The translations under genes were made by a program, and so were the position numbers. Positions 24,661 through 37,589 of a stretch of DNA of 64,000 nucleotides are shown here, piece after piece (the stretch's first letter is position 1; each line of letters opens with the position of its first letter). The notes under the pieces are model-generated. The model worked only from the letters and a program-made list of their open reading frames with translations, was not told the origin of the DNA and did not search any database. This DNA comes from Octopus vulgaris (Eukaryota): contig OX597817.1 in NCBI GenBank assembly GCA_951406725.2, positions 16,678,001 through 16,742,000 of the forward strand. The letters are read 5' to 3'.

Positions 24661-26536
24661 AGATGTTGACCATGGTTTACTTGACCGCAGAGAATCATAT
24701 AGCAGAGACTCTAGTAAGACCCATGACCTACGGGTCAGAGAGATCTCAGATGATAACTGTATAGTGTAGATTTAATGCTGATGGTGTTGGTCCTATATTG
24801 CCAGGGAGACTGAAAGAGTATTCTGGAGTCAGTGGTTGTTAAAGGTATCCAGGTTTATAATGTATGTGATCAATGTCTTGCACCAACGTTGTTATATTGG
24901 AAAGACAAACTACCCATTAGACTAAAATTTTGGTATGGTGGATGGGGTGGTTGTTTAGAAAGACTCTTTTTCAAAGGATAAAAGACCTGCTTGGATCAGA
25001 TTAAAACCTAATTGCCCAATGTGTAGTCATAAAAAATGGTACTACCTCGATATCTGATTTCGAAAGATGTGGGGTTAGTTGTGACTGTTGTACAGAGAAA
25101 GTGGTAAGAGAGAGTTCCCCCACCTCGGTACTGACATTGGCAGGATTTGAATTAAGAGCATGGAAAGTCGAGACGAATACTGCAAGGCATTCTATCTGAT
25201 ACACTAGCGTCTCTTCTAATTCGCCGCCTTCACTCAGCTTGTCTCCAAGTACAAATGTTTCAAAAGTACAAGTATTTCGCGGTTTACCACGAAAATTCTA
25301 ACATGTGAGCAGACTCATTCGTCGGAGAGTGATGTTATCTGATGTTATTGATTGAATAAATTCAGTACCGTTACTCTTCGATAAGGAGTACCCCTCGAAT
25401 CGTCAAATTTTTCCTCTTCTCCACAGCAAACCAACTTATCACTTACTGACGACGCTGACGATCACTAGTTTCTTCGGAATCTACTGTTTGCATTGTAACA
25501 AAGTAACTTATCAGAATAACATTAAAAAAAGAAACAAGAAAAGAAAAGAAAAATCAAAACAAAGCACAAAAAACTAGACTAATAAACTACGAGCAAAAAA
25601 ACTTCAGATACACCAGACGATTATTTAGGGAACCAATGAAGCAAAAACGAAAAAATGGATAAAACAGAAACACTTCATTTTCTATCGTTAGAAGCTTTTC
25701 ATTTTTAGGTTAGTTATATCAAGCGTTAGGTATGATGGTAACGGTGCCCAATATTTAAAGAATTCTGCGTCTGTTTTTCATTGAATGCACGACATGAAAC
25801 AGTTCGCTTTATATCTTTCAGGGTCGGTTGTGTATTAAAAAAAATGTCGACTTAGTTTTTTATCAATAGAAACATTATAATACAGAACACTGCAACTTTT
25901 GTGTAGTAAATTCTGGTTATAGCGAAGCAATATATTGCATAGAAGAAGCCATAACACTCTGTCATATAAAAAAACTCCCCAACATCTCAAGTATTAAATT
26001 CGTATCTGTTTGTACTGGATATCATTATATTCATGAAATTCAACGGTTCGGTCTGCGAAGGAAGAAATTATTCATAGAAGCCATTGATTTTTATTTAAAA
26101 TGAAATTACTTTCCATTCGATAACACATTTGTGAATATCTAAACATATAAGCTGGACATTATATAATCTTTATTATCCATTCGTTCCAGCAGAGTAGTAT
26201 ATTCATCGTGCATACGCAGTGAATAGTGGTCACACACATTCTTTAATATTATAATGTATGATAATTTTTACTGTCATTCGAAAATATAGTTTGTATGCAT
26301 TTCAGATGCTCAATGCTGACTGCACCCAGTCCGTCTTCACTCCCTCCCACTCCTTCTTCCATTCCTTCTCCCACTCTCTCACACAGATCTTCATCTCGCT
26401 TCTTCCAATCATGATCAACGTTTATAAATTTTTGCTTGTCATGCTATATCTTGATGTACTGTACATAATTTCGTAGGATATAAATTATTATAGGAACTAT
26501 ATGAGCGTAGTTTATTGAAAAGAACATATATACACA

Positions 26537-26933
26537 CTAGCAGTATCGCCCGGCGTTGCTCGGGTTTGTAAGGGAAATAACTATATAAGCATTTTTAGAG
26601 ATGTAAAGTATAATAGCCATCTCAATATTGCTAACCACAAAGGGGGGTTACTGTAGCTTTTTACGTTCTGAGATTTAATAATAAATTTTTAGAGAGTTAC
26701 TTCCCTTATATATGCCAAAAATGCATTAAAAATGGGAAAAATTGATGGTAAATTTTTTTTAAAAATCGTAGACTCATCGTAGACGCGCGCTAATACCCAG
26801 AAGGGCTCGATATGAATCACGACTATAAGATACCCGGTTTTTGTTAAACTGCACCGCAAAATGTGGGAGTAGTTAGGAATCTAAATCGTAGGAGACAGAC
26901 AGCACACAACCTCACTTTTATATATAAAGAAGA
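26537..26933 (-). mobile_element. Non-autonomous Helitron (second copy)
   Basis: Reverse complement of 3052-3445; CTAG end at 26537, hairpin, TC start, inserted at A|T. Confidence 0.9.
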
Positions 26934-27119
26934 TATGACGCGGGTGTGGAAATAGTTCGCGGTATTTCGTCTGTCTTTACGTTCTGATTTCAAATTTTGC
27001 CGAGGTCGACTTTGCCTTTCATCCATTCGGGGTCGATAAATTAAGTACCAGGGGTCGATCTAATCGACTGCCACCTCCCCCAAAATTTCGGGCCTTGTGC
27101 CTAGAGTAGAAAAGAATCC

Positions 27120-27328
27120 ATGTTGATTCGTTAGTTACTGCACGCATTTTTTTTCTCTCCTTCTTTCTGTGTTTTTTTCTCTCTGTGTATCTTTCTGTTG
27201 AAGAGCGTAGGCTCGAAACGTTAAAGACTTGTTTTATTTATATTTCCTGAGCGCCATACTAATACAATTGTTCGTTTGTTTTCCACCTGCCTTCGTCTTT
27301 TGTCTATTTTCATAAAGCTTCCCGTTAT
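27120..27328 (+). mobile_element. Second short hammerhead-bearing repeat family
   Basis: TCTTT-CTGTTGAA-GAGC-GTAG-GCTC-GAAAC-GTT-AAAGA at 27190-27227; shares the downstream TTCCTGAGCG motif with the 21846 family; ends at (TA)n. Confidence 0.55.
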
Positions 27329-27344
27329 ATATATATATATATAT

Positions 27345-27541
27345 AAAGTTAATCCAAACAAGAAAGCACAAAAAACACACAACAACGCGAGGACGTGGAA
27401 CAAATATAGTATTATTGGACGCTCAGGAAAGAAGGAGGGTTTAACGTTTCGAGCGGAGCTCTTCGTCGGAAACATAGGAGAAGGAAAGATCCAGAGAAGG
27501 GAAGACAGAGGGAAAAAATCGCCAACGGTACACACGAGGTC
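27345..27541 (-). mobile_element. Hammerhead-bearing short repeat (copy of 21846-22053)
   Basis: Minus strand GTTT-CCGACGAA-GAGC-TCC-GCTC-GAAAC-GTT-AAAC at 27439-27473; flanked on both sides by (TA)n. Confidence 0.65.
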
Positions 27542-27850
27542 ATATATATATATATGAGATCCAAAGATTCTAAGTATAGAAGACACTTAATGCTCAAAAG
27601 ATTCAAACTTAGTCTCCGATGACTTTACAGGGGATCAATTCTACGGGGTAAAGAATGGCTGTAAGAGGGATCAAGTTGAGCGGATATAGAGGCAATAATG
27701 TGGATAATATCTTTCTACATACCTTTCTACATACCTTTGTAATCTCCTTCTGCCCCTGAATTAGACACTTTCCCTCCCTCAAATAATTGCCATTCCTTTT
27801 TCTCACTATCTCAAGTTCCAATAACTCTATAGGTATGATCCTTTGACACC

Positions 27851-28264
27851 TACTCTTTTATTCTTTTACTCTTTTACTTGTTTCAGTCATTTGACTGCGG
27901 CCATGCTGGAGCACCGCCTTTAGTCGAGCAAATCGACCCCGGGACTTATTCTTTTTGTAAGCCCAGTACTTATTCTATTGGTCTCTTTTGCCGAACCGCT
28001 AAGTGACGGGGACGTAAACACACCAGCATCGGTTGTCAAGCAATGCTAGGAGGACAAACACAGACACACAAACACACGCACGCATATATATACATATATA
28101 CGACGGGCTTCTTTCAGTTTCCGTCTACCAAATCCACTCACAAGGCTTTGGTCGGCCCGAGGCTATAGTAGAAGACATTTGCCCAAGGTGCCACGCAGTG
28201 GGACTGAACCCGGAACCATGTGGTTGGTAAGCAAGCTACATACCACACAGCCACTCCTGCGCCT
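27851..28264 (-). mobile_element. SINE family B, full length
   Basis: Reverse complement of 4095-4528. Confidence 0.9.
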
Positions 28265-28531
28265 GTGGACAAACTCAACACAACTGATTATTCTCCAGTT
28301 ACTATCTATCCTAAATCTTCCATTCATCTCCCAACTCTTCACCTGCTACCAATTCCCTTAATACCTTCATTATTAACACCCTCCCTCCTCCTGAACTAGC
28401 TCTCCTATCTCCTCTCACCATTACGCTTTGACGCTCTCCATAATCCCACCAACCCTGCTACCTCCTCCCTCTAATACGGCTTGCTCTCCACATTTAATCA
28501 TTCCATCTTTAAACTTCTCAGCATTAAGATC

Positions 28532-28916
28532 GTGGAGGCGGAATGGCCCAGTGGTTAGGGCAGCGGACTCGCGGTCGTAGGATCGCGGTTTCGATTCCCA
28601 GACCGGGCGTTGTGAGTGTTTATTGAGCGAAAACACCTAAAGCTCCACGAGGCTCCGGCTGGGGATGGTGGTGATCCCTGCTGTACTCTTTCACCACAAC
28701 TTTCTCTCACTCTTACTTCCTGTTTCTGTTGTACCTGTATTTCAAAGGGCCGTCCTTGTCACTCTCTGTGCCACGCTGAATATCCCCGAGAACTACGTTA
28801 AGGGTGCACGTGTCTGTGGAGTGCTCAGCCACTTACACGTTAATTTCACGAGCAGGCTGTTCCGTTGATTCGGATCAACCGGAACCCTCATCGTCGTAAC
28901 CGACGGAGTGCTTCCA
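28532..28916 (+). mobile_element. SINE family C, full length
   Basis: Matches 10180-10558 in opposite orientation. Confidence 0.9.
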
Positions 28917-29391
28917 TATTGTGATAAACAACGCCTGCCAACATTATGATGAATCTCCGAGCCCCCCGAAACAGCTGTTGGGCCTATACCACCTTTATTC
29001 CACTCCTTTAATTTTCTCTGTCGTTTGTACTCTGTGTAAGTTAGATCTATTAATATAAATATTTATATACTTACACTTAAATATTCATCGTCCGAAAGTC
29101 TCCACTTTTTGCTTTCACCCGTGTTGCATGTATACATACATACAAATTTTGTATTTCACACCCAAACTGTTATATTTAATATATCTAACTTGTTTATCCG
29201 CATAACTGCCTCCGCTTGACAAGCAGAAATGTAGTGTTTGCATCCCCGTAACATAGCAATTCAGCAAAAGAGACTGATAAAATAAATACCAGGGTTTAAA
29301 AAATATCAATGGGATCGATTCGTTCGACTAAAATTCTTCAAGGCAGTGTCCCAGCGTGGTCGCAGTCTAATGACTAGAATAAGCAAAAGAT

Positions 29392-29423
<32 letters not shown>

Positions 29424-29501
29424 TGTATGTATGTATGTATGTATGTATGTATGTATGTATGTATGTATGTGTGTGTGTGTGTATGTATGTGTGTATGTAT
29501 G

Positions 29502-29858
29502 TGGAGGCGCAATCGCCCAGTGGTTAGGGCAGCGGACTCACGGTCGTAGGATCGCGGTTTCGATTCCCAGACCGGGCATTGTGAGTGTTTATTGAGCGAA
29601 AATACCTAAAGCTCCACGAGGCTCCGGCAGGGGATGGTGGTGAACCCTGCTGTACTCTTTCACCACAACTTTCTCTCACTCTTTCTTCTTGTTTCTGCTG
29701 TACCTGTATTTCAAAGGGCCGGCCTTGTCACACTCTGTGTCACGCTGAATCTCCTCGAGAACTACGTTAAGGGTACACGTGTCTGTGGAATGCTCAGCCA
29801 TCTTGCACGTTAATTCCACGAGCAGGCTGTTCCGTTGATCGTATCTGCTGGGACCCTC
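29502..29858 (+). mobile_element. SINE family C, following a (TATG)n tract
   Basis: TGGAGGCGCAATCGCCCAGTGGTTAGGGCAGCGG head and family body. Confidence 0.88.
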
Positions 29859-30949
29859 CTATATGTATGTGTACATTAAGCTATATGTATCGATTTCTCT
29901 TTGCAAAACTACACACGCATTCACATACGCTGAAGGTCATGCACTTGTTCATGTTCACAATTAAAAAAATATATCTTTGAAAGAGAATTGGTTATTGCTA
30001 TTTTATCATGAATGGAAACCCATTGTATTCTTCCTTCGGCCTCTTCTTTCTTGGTAAAATAGTACGATAACTGTTTCTTTTCTGACTAACATGCTGTATT
30101 ACGAACATGAAATTCTGTCATGTTCACTTGAAAAGAAAACTTCATAAAACAGCCAAACAAATACAAAATGGCTCCTGGTTCAAAGAACGTTTATATTGAT
30201 CAAATTTTTCTTAAACATTTTTCTAAGAAAAACAAATACAACTGTATTAGCCATTTCGCATTTAAAAAAGAATATGTGCAAAAATATTCATTTTTTAAAA
30301 ATACCAGCTCACTTTGAAGTCGTTAGAAGTTAAATTCATTTTAGATATTTATTTTTTTTATTTGCATTTCATATTTTTTTCTTTAAGTATGACCTTTACT
30401 GTGGTGGAGAAGGCAATATCGATTCCTCGTTGATGCTCTTTTAAATCTCTCGAGGACGGTTTGAAAATCGAAATTAAGAATTTTTCTGTGTTTAAATGAT
30501 AGGACTTCCTATTAATCAAGTAAGTTGTATATGGTCGCTGGACTTAATAAACGAACTGCTAAGTTATCATAAAATTGTACATTATTATCTAAAAAATGAC
30601 AAATCAGTTTAATCTGATACACGATGCGTGAAAAAAGTGACAGCTTGGACAAGCTGGAAAGCCATTTGGTTATAGGTATGATTGATCAGGACCGATTTAG
30701 ATTTAAACAACCAACAACAACTGTAATATATGGGATCTTTCCAGATAGCCTTCTCCGTATTAGTATTTCAGAATCCATCTCCGTGAACTCACTAAGTGTT
30801 CATATCTGACACTTCAGAAAACATGACGTAGAATAACAGTTTGCCAGCCAGTATAAAATATTTTATTCAGTAACTATTAACCTCAGAATATATACAACAC
30901 ACAAGTATAATGTTTTAGTTCAACATTGTTAATATTATGTCAGTATGTT

Positions 30950-31390
30950 TCAATCCATGTGGCTACGCTTGCACCACAAATACTACTGGAGAAAGCGTAA
31001 GCGACACAATATCTCATTTTTCTTCAAATTTAGGTAATTTGAGTATAGTCTGGAGCAAACTCCGTATACTCCGAGTGGATTCTTGCCCCAATGACAAAAG
31101 TTGGCTGACATGGCATCGTCCCTCCAGACTAGGTTTAGTAAATTCCCGATTTTGTTACCATTCATATGCTTCCTGTTTGGAAGGTACAACGTGGATTTCG
31201 ACGTGAGGTGTCGAAACACTACGGCTCTGAAGTTTTGAGAGTACACGGACACTGCTTTTCTGCATACCACTTTGAACTGGATGTCTTTCAGCAGCACATT
31301 CGACTTCTTCAGTAAGGTTTCGAGCGCCTCAGGAGTAACTTCACCGGATCGAGTGAGTGATGCCACAAAGTTCTGAGAGATAGCCATTTA
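30950..31390 (-). pseudogene. Possible LINE ORF1 (gag-like) remnant
   Basis: 134-aa ORF of coding-like composition with an apparent frameshift; no diagnostic motif. Confidence 0.3.
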
Positions 31391-33415
31391 TCTTCTGATA
31401 TTAATAACAATGATTTGATTTTAGGAACAAGACCAGCAATTTTAACCCCAGTACTTCACTAGCACATCATTTTATCGACCCCGAAAAAAATGAAAGGAAA
31501 AGCTGACTTCAGCGAGATTTGAATTCAGAATGTAAAGGGCCAGAATAAGTATTACTGTAGGGCCTTTTCTGACGCTCTAACGATTTTGATAATTCACCGT
31601 CTTTTGTTGTTTCTAGTTTAGGCACAAGGCCAGCATTTTAAAGGGGTGGTCAGTCGACTATACAGATCCTTGTACTTGATTGATACTTTACTTTTGTAGT
31701 GAGACCAATTTCTATTATGGCATATTGGAGTCGACTAGTTTTTTTATAGGCTCCACACGTTAATCTGTAATGATTGGTCGTCTGACCTATCATCTGAGTT
31801 TGGAACATTGGTTGAGTCCTGTACTTTGATTCAAGTACTGCGTGTCAAGTACACCCTGTGTGTAATACATTCTAAAACGACTAAGCTGAATCTATTCTGG
31901 AGCCTACCTCTGTCTACGTATTGAGGTACCAAAACATCTATAACAGAGGGGGTGAAAGGTTTTCATGAAGGGAAGTCATGTTATTTTCCTGCTGTTATAA
32001 CGAAGCACGCGCAACCAACGACAACCAGAGATGAATTATCCAAACGATGGATAAACTATACAACCGCCACAATCCGTGATGTGTTTATTTTGTCCACTGT
32101 GTTATTCAGCAGAGGAATAAAGTCTCGCTGGTATTTTAAAGTTTGTTTCTTGTATTATCTCCACGAGTGAATACGCAAACGCATGTTATATAATGGTATG
32201 CAAGATTCCGTAGTAAATCAAGGGAGACTTTATACTTAAACTCTAAACTTTTAACAACTCCGGAAGGATGAAATATATATTTGAGCTCTGTGGAAAATGA
32301 ACTCAGAACGTGAAAACCAGATCAAATATAGCGTAGGATTTTGTCTGACGCTCGAATGAGTCAGCCAATATACTATTCGAGAATGCATGAGGGAGTGCAT
32401 TAAGAAACAGAGATAAACTCAGTGCCCTGGCAGAAACGCATTAACCTCTCAACTCTTCCCACATGAAATATGTAAGTTTTCATGTCTATGACACAAAGGA
32501 ATTATTTATCTCCAGCTTCAGATAGAATATTTTCAAGACATGAGATTATTTCTTTCTTTTAGTTGTAAGTAAACTCGTTGCAGAAAAGTGCTATCTTTTG
32601 TGTTCTTCAACACAAAAGTATTTCTGCTTTGGGTGAATATTTTCGACGTCGCACTTATTGACATTATTTAGATAGTCACAATTCTGTGTTGCTTTTCTTT
32701 TACATTACTGAGACAGAGGTGCAGGTTTGCAACTGAACCTGAAATACAAGTATGTTAAATGATTTGCACCGGATTATTAAAAAAAATAATAAAAAGACCC
32801 CCCACCCCAAACCCCAACCAAAACCTACTATACACGCACATGCAAAAAAAAGAAAAGAAAAAATCCACGTAAAACGAAGCAGCTAGAAGAGAATGTTACT
32901 CTATTTCAAGATTCTATTATAACTGAAGACTGACTGAAGAAAATAAAGAATGAACAAAGCGAAAGAAAATGAAATAGAAAAGAAAAAAGCTAAGTAAACC
33001 AAAGAAAGAATGTTTGGATGGGAAGTGAGTGAATGCGGTTTTATTTTGACAGAAATGACTTTTTGTTTCCACGCGGCACCTTCCAGCAAGAAAGATATTT
33101 CTGTGTGTCAACGAGAGCTACGCTGAGCTCCGACTTATTTCAAAAATCCTAAAACCAACGAAGTGTATGGTGCCAAAAGTTGCCATCATCGCTGTGGGCG
33201 GCAAAAAAAAAGTAGAGAGGTAACAGCAGTATTTGCAAAAAAAAACCCCCAAAACCCCCCAAAAAACAACAAAAAAAAACCCCAGAAAAGAACAATAAGA
33301 ATAACGACAACAGTTATACAATAAAAAACAATAACATCAATAACATGAGCACGACCAAAGAAAATACAAAAGAAAATGCCGACATTGTTGTCTGCAAAAC
33401 ACGTATGCTTCAAAT

Positions 33416-33684
33416 TCAAAAAAATAAAAGAAGGAAAAAAATGCGATTCCTGAAAAGTAAATAATAATACAATAACCAAACTAATAGTAATAAAGTGTAG
33501 GTAAACGAACAGACGATTAAAGTACAAATGGACGAGTAAAGTAACAGAGTGCATTGCTTGCTTCTAAAATATCTATGATATTCCTGTGGTTCCAGGCACT
33601 CGTCCATACTGAGCCGTGCCTGGGCTTGTTGACCCCTACAATATATTTTCGTCGCTAGCATATATTCGGTTTCCTTCCAGCATT
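33416..33684 (-). CDS. Candidate terminal coding exon of an uncharacterised Cys-rich membrane-anchored protein
   Basis: Acceptor TTATTTCCTAATCAG; phase-1 entry gives CWKETEYMLATKIYCRGQQAQARLSMDECLEPQEYHRYFRSKQC plus a hydrophobic tail and stop; followed by non-repetitive U-rich, UTR-like sequence. Confidence 0.55.
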
Positions 33685-34217
33685 CTGATTAGGAAATAAG
33701 CACTAAAAAAAGACCCATCTAGTGTCACTTATACGACCACGACAGCCGCCACCACCACTACTATTACTGCCACAGTCCAAACCGCCACCCAGTAACCGCC
33801 ATTTTAGACATGCCTGCATGTCAACAGATGTTTAAACTAGAATAATAAAAATAAACTCTCTAATCAGGTGCACATACACAAGGCCTGTTATATGCACATT
33901 ATTGTTGATGTTCAACCGTTCGTTATTGTGAATTGTCAAACATAATAATTAGAATTCTTAACAAGGAAATATACTGATAAAACGAGCAAAATTATATTTC
34001 CTACTCAATCACGTGAACGCAAACGAAGAAGCATAAAGATGTAATTCAATTTACTTCAGTGCAATTTATTGTATTGACTTGTCTTGAATCAGTATTGAAC
34101 ATACTAATTCAATTCATTTCAGTTCGCTATTTTATAGCATTTATCTATCTATACACACATACACATGCGCACACGCACATACACAAATATATATAATATA
34201 TAATATATATATATAAA

Positions 34218-34541
34218 GGAGCACTCCGTCGGTTGCGACGAGGAGGGTCCCAGCTGATACGATCAACGGAACAGCTTGCTCGTGAAATTAACATGTAAGT
34301 GGCTGAGCACTCCACAGCCACATGTACCCTTAACGTAGTTCTCGGGGAGATTCAGCATGACACAGAGTGTGACAAGGATGGCCCTTTGAAATACAGGTAC
34401 TACTCATTTTTGCCAGCTGAGTGGACTGGAGCAATGTGAAATAAAGTGTCTTGCTAGGGACACAATACGCCGCCGGGAATTGAACTCACGACCTTACGAT
34501 CATGAGCTGAATGCCCCCAACCACTAAGCCACGCGCATTCA
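34218..34541 (-). mobile_element. SINE family D
   Basis: Reverse complement of 12901-13226. Confidence 0.85.
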
Positions 34542-34549
34542 CACACACA

Positions 34550-34606
<57 letters not shown>

Positions 34607-34607
34607 G

Positions 34608-35735
34608 TAGGAGTGCTGTGTGGTAAGTAGCTTGCTTACCAGCCACATGGTTCCGGGTTCAGTCCAACTGCGTGGCACCTTGGACAAGTGTCTTAAAATA
34701 TATACTTGCTGTGGAGGCGCAATGGCCCAGTGGTTAGGGCAGCGGACTCGCGGTCATAGGATCGCGGTTTCGATTCCCAGACCGGGCGTTGTGAGTGTTT
34801 ATTGAGCGAAAACACCTAAATCTACGTATTTCGCCCGGCGTGCTAACGTTTCTGCCAGCTCGCCGCCTCCACTGGCTTATATATTCTGCGAGCTGGCAGA
34901 ATCGTTAGCATACCGGACAAAAGGCTTAGCGGCATTTCGTCCGTCTTTACGTTCTGAGCTCAATTTCCGCCAAGTTCGATTTCGCCTTTCACCTTATCGG
35001 GGTTGATAAAATAAGTACCGGTTGAGCATTGGGGTCGACGTAATCGACTAGCCCCTTTCCATAAATTTCAGGCCTTGTACCTATTGTAGAAAGGATTTTT
35101 AAGCTACGCTAAGGCAGCGAGCTGGCAGAACTGTTAGCACGCCGGACAAAATGATTAGCGCCATTTCGTTCGTCTTTATGTTCTGAGCTCAAATTACGCC
35201 GATGTCGACTTTGCCTTTCATCCTTTCGGGGTCGATTAAATAAGTACCAGTTACGCACTGGGGTCGATATAATCGACTTAATCCCTTTGTCTGTCCTTGT
35301 TTGTCATCTCTGTGTTTAGCCTCTTGTGGGTAGTAAAGAAATAGGTATTTCGTATGCCGTTACGTTCTGAGTTCAAATTCCGCCGAGGTCGACTTTGCCT
35401 TTCATCCTTTCAGGGTCGATAAATAAAGAACCATTTATGCACTGGGGTCGATGTAATCGACTTAATCCGTTTGTCTGTCCTTGTGTGTCCCCTGTGTGTG
35501 CAGCCCCTTGTGGTCGGGCAGTAAAGAAATAAGAACTGTTAGCACGCCGGACAAAATGATTAGCGCCATTTCGTTCGTCTTTACGTTCTAAGCTCAAATT
35601 ACGCCGATGTCGACTTTGCCTTTCATTCTTTCGGGGTCGATAAAATAAGTACCAGTCAAATACTGGTTCAACGTAATCGACTTCACCCACCCCTCAAAAA
35701 CTGCAGGCCCTTTGCCAAAATTTAAAACCATTACA
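34608..35735 (+). mobile_element. SINE cluster: B head, C head, and several tandem family A copies
   Basis: Repeated GAGCTGGCAGAA and GTCGACTTTGCCTTTCATCC modules. Confidence 0.85.
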
Positions 35736-35921
35736 CCTCCTGTATTCAAACATCCGTACATTTAGTGTTCTAGTTTGTTGTAATGGCGACTTCCTCTACG
35801 TGGTGAAGGCAGTATTCATTTTCAAGTTATTTAGAGATAAAGGGTCAGAGATTTGTGTCATAAAGAAAAAGATAGGACGCATTGATTGCTTGTTAATAGG
35901 ATTTGATGAGAGGGATCAAGT

Positions 35922-36511
35922 TTTGATCGAAGTCCATGAATATTTGAATTGAGGAGGTGATAGCTAAAAAATTGTGTATGTATAGCAGGAAGCCGAAAAC
36001 AACTTGTAGTTCTGTTGATTTAAGCAAATACCTGGCTTTCTAGGAAAAGGTAGACCGGTGTGGTTTCCTATTACTTTTCATATAAATATTACTGGCGTAG
36101 GTATAATTATATGCCCTGCCTGGACACAACATCTGCTGCAGGTTTACACTCGTAACATATTGGATAATAATCTAATATATAAATCATCCAGTCATTTCAA
36201 CATCTGCACCCTACACATGTAAGTACATGGTAATCATTGAACTAATAAAACTAAGAAAGCTGTACCCATTATTCATGAGAAATTTCTAAAAAATCAAACA
36301 ATAATATGAACAACCATTTAAGTTGAGACACGAAAGAGCATGGACATGATAAACCGACCGACTAGAAATAGCAGCCAAATTTCTCCCAACACCATACCAT
36401 CTTAAAATAAAGGACGCATTGGATAATGCGTTGTTTTCGGCTTCCTGCTATACATACACAATTTTTTAGCTATCACCTCCTCAATTCAAATATTCATGGA
36501 CTTCGATCAAA
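35922..36511. repeat. Perfect 82-bp inverted repeat (35922-36003 and 36430-36511)
   Basis: TTTGATCGAAG...GCCGAAAACAAC and its exact reverse complement. Confidence 0.93.
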
Positions 36512-36671
36512 GATATATTAACTGAAAATAAATAAGATATACAAGAACAACAACAGCAACATGCTTTAGAGTTGGTAGGGAAGAACAAATGCAATACTAA
36601 TAATGGTTACAGGTATAGAATCGATTGCTAGCAAAATTCCATTCCTCTAAATATATCAAACACCAAATTAC

Positions 36672-36700
36672 GAAATATGTCTTGTCTGAAGTCAATAGAC
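36672..36700 (-). CDS. Candidate 29-nt internal coding exon (phase 2 to phase 1)
   Basis: ATCTTTCCATCAG|GTCTATTGACTTCAGACAAGACATATTTC|GTAATT; reads (W)SIDFRQDIF(Q) and bridges the flanking candidate exons in frame. Confidence 0.5.
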
Positions 36701-36735
36701 CTGATGGAAAGATATTTTATTTTTATCTTTTAGTA

Positions 36736-37024
36736 CAGAGGTTCGTGACCTTTTTACGATTCCAGACCCCCAACGGGTCGTTCTAATATGTCTCCCCGTT
36801 CCCCAGACTGTCTAAATCATCATCACTACTCCTATTACATACAGGTATCACTCTAAAAAGTTCCAATGTTTATGGGTTTTACTTTACCCAAGGATAACCA
36901 GGAAGAAAACGGGAAAGAAAATCAAAAGGGATATTGTTGGGATTTACTTACAGAAAATGATACTAGAAATGGAGTCCCGTATCTGCAGCCCTTGGTTCTC
37001 ATAACCCCAGCTGAGAACCCCGTG
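36736..37024. mobile_element. Old hAT/MER5-like MITE
   Basis: CAGAGGTTCGTGACC...GCTGAGAACCCCGTG degenerate termini. Confidence 0.4.
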
Positions 37025-37360
37025 TTCTAGTCGATAGACAGACAGATAAATACTTTTAGTTAATTATCAAAGATATTACGTTACAAAATTGTTTCGCAGT
37101 TATGCGTTGTTGATTCTAAGAAAATACATTCCGGCACACAATTAACAAAGTAAATACAGACGTGCATTACGTAGATACAAGCAGCGGGATGTTAAAATAA
37201 GACAATAAAAAAGTTAATGTTTTTAGCCAGTCCCTAAGAACATTATTATAAAACAAAACAAAGATTTAAAAAAATTACGACGTTGATTGCAAAACGAAGT
37301 TAGTCTGATGAGAAAATGCAAGCGTAAATAGCAAAAAAAAATTCATGGGTTTCTTATAGA

Positions 37361-37589
37361 TTTCTTTACTGCCCATAAAGAGCTAAACATAGAGGGGACA
37401 AACAAGGACAGACAAAGAGATTAAGCCGATTACATCGACCCCAGTGCGAAACTGGTACTTTATTTATCGACCCCGAAAGGATGAAAGGCAAAGTCGACCT
37501 CGGCGGAATTTGAACTCAGAACGTAACGACAGATGAAATACGGCTACGCATTTCGCCCGGCGTGCTAACGGTTCTGCCAGCTCGCCGCC
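37361..37589 (-). mobile_element. SINE family A, full length
   Basis: TSD ATTCATGGGTTTCTTATAGA (37341-37360, 37591-37610). Confidence 0.93.

Noticed and set aside
28532-28610. tRNA genes at SINE heads
   Set aside because: A/B-box tRNA-like heads continue into SINE bodies; no complete cloverleaf with terminator
35770-36160. Minus-strand NIHGLRSKL resembling a LINE APE endonuclease start
   Set aside because: Too decayed to call with confidence
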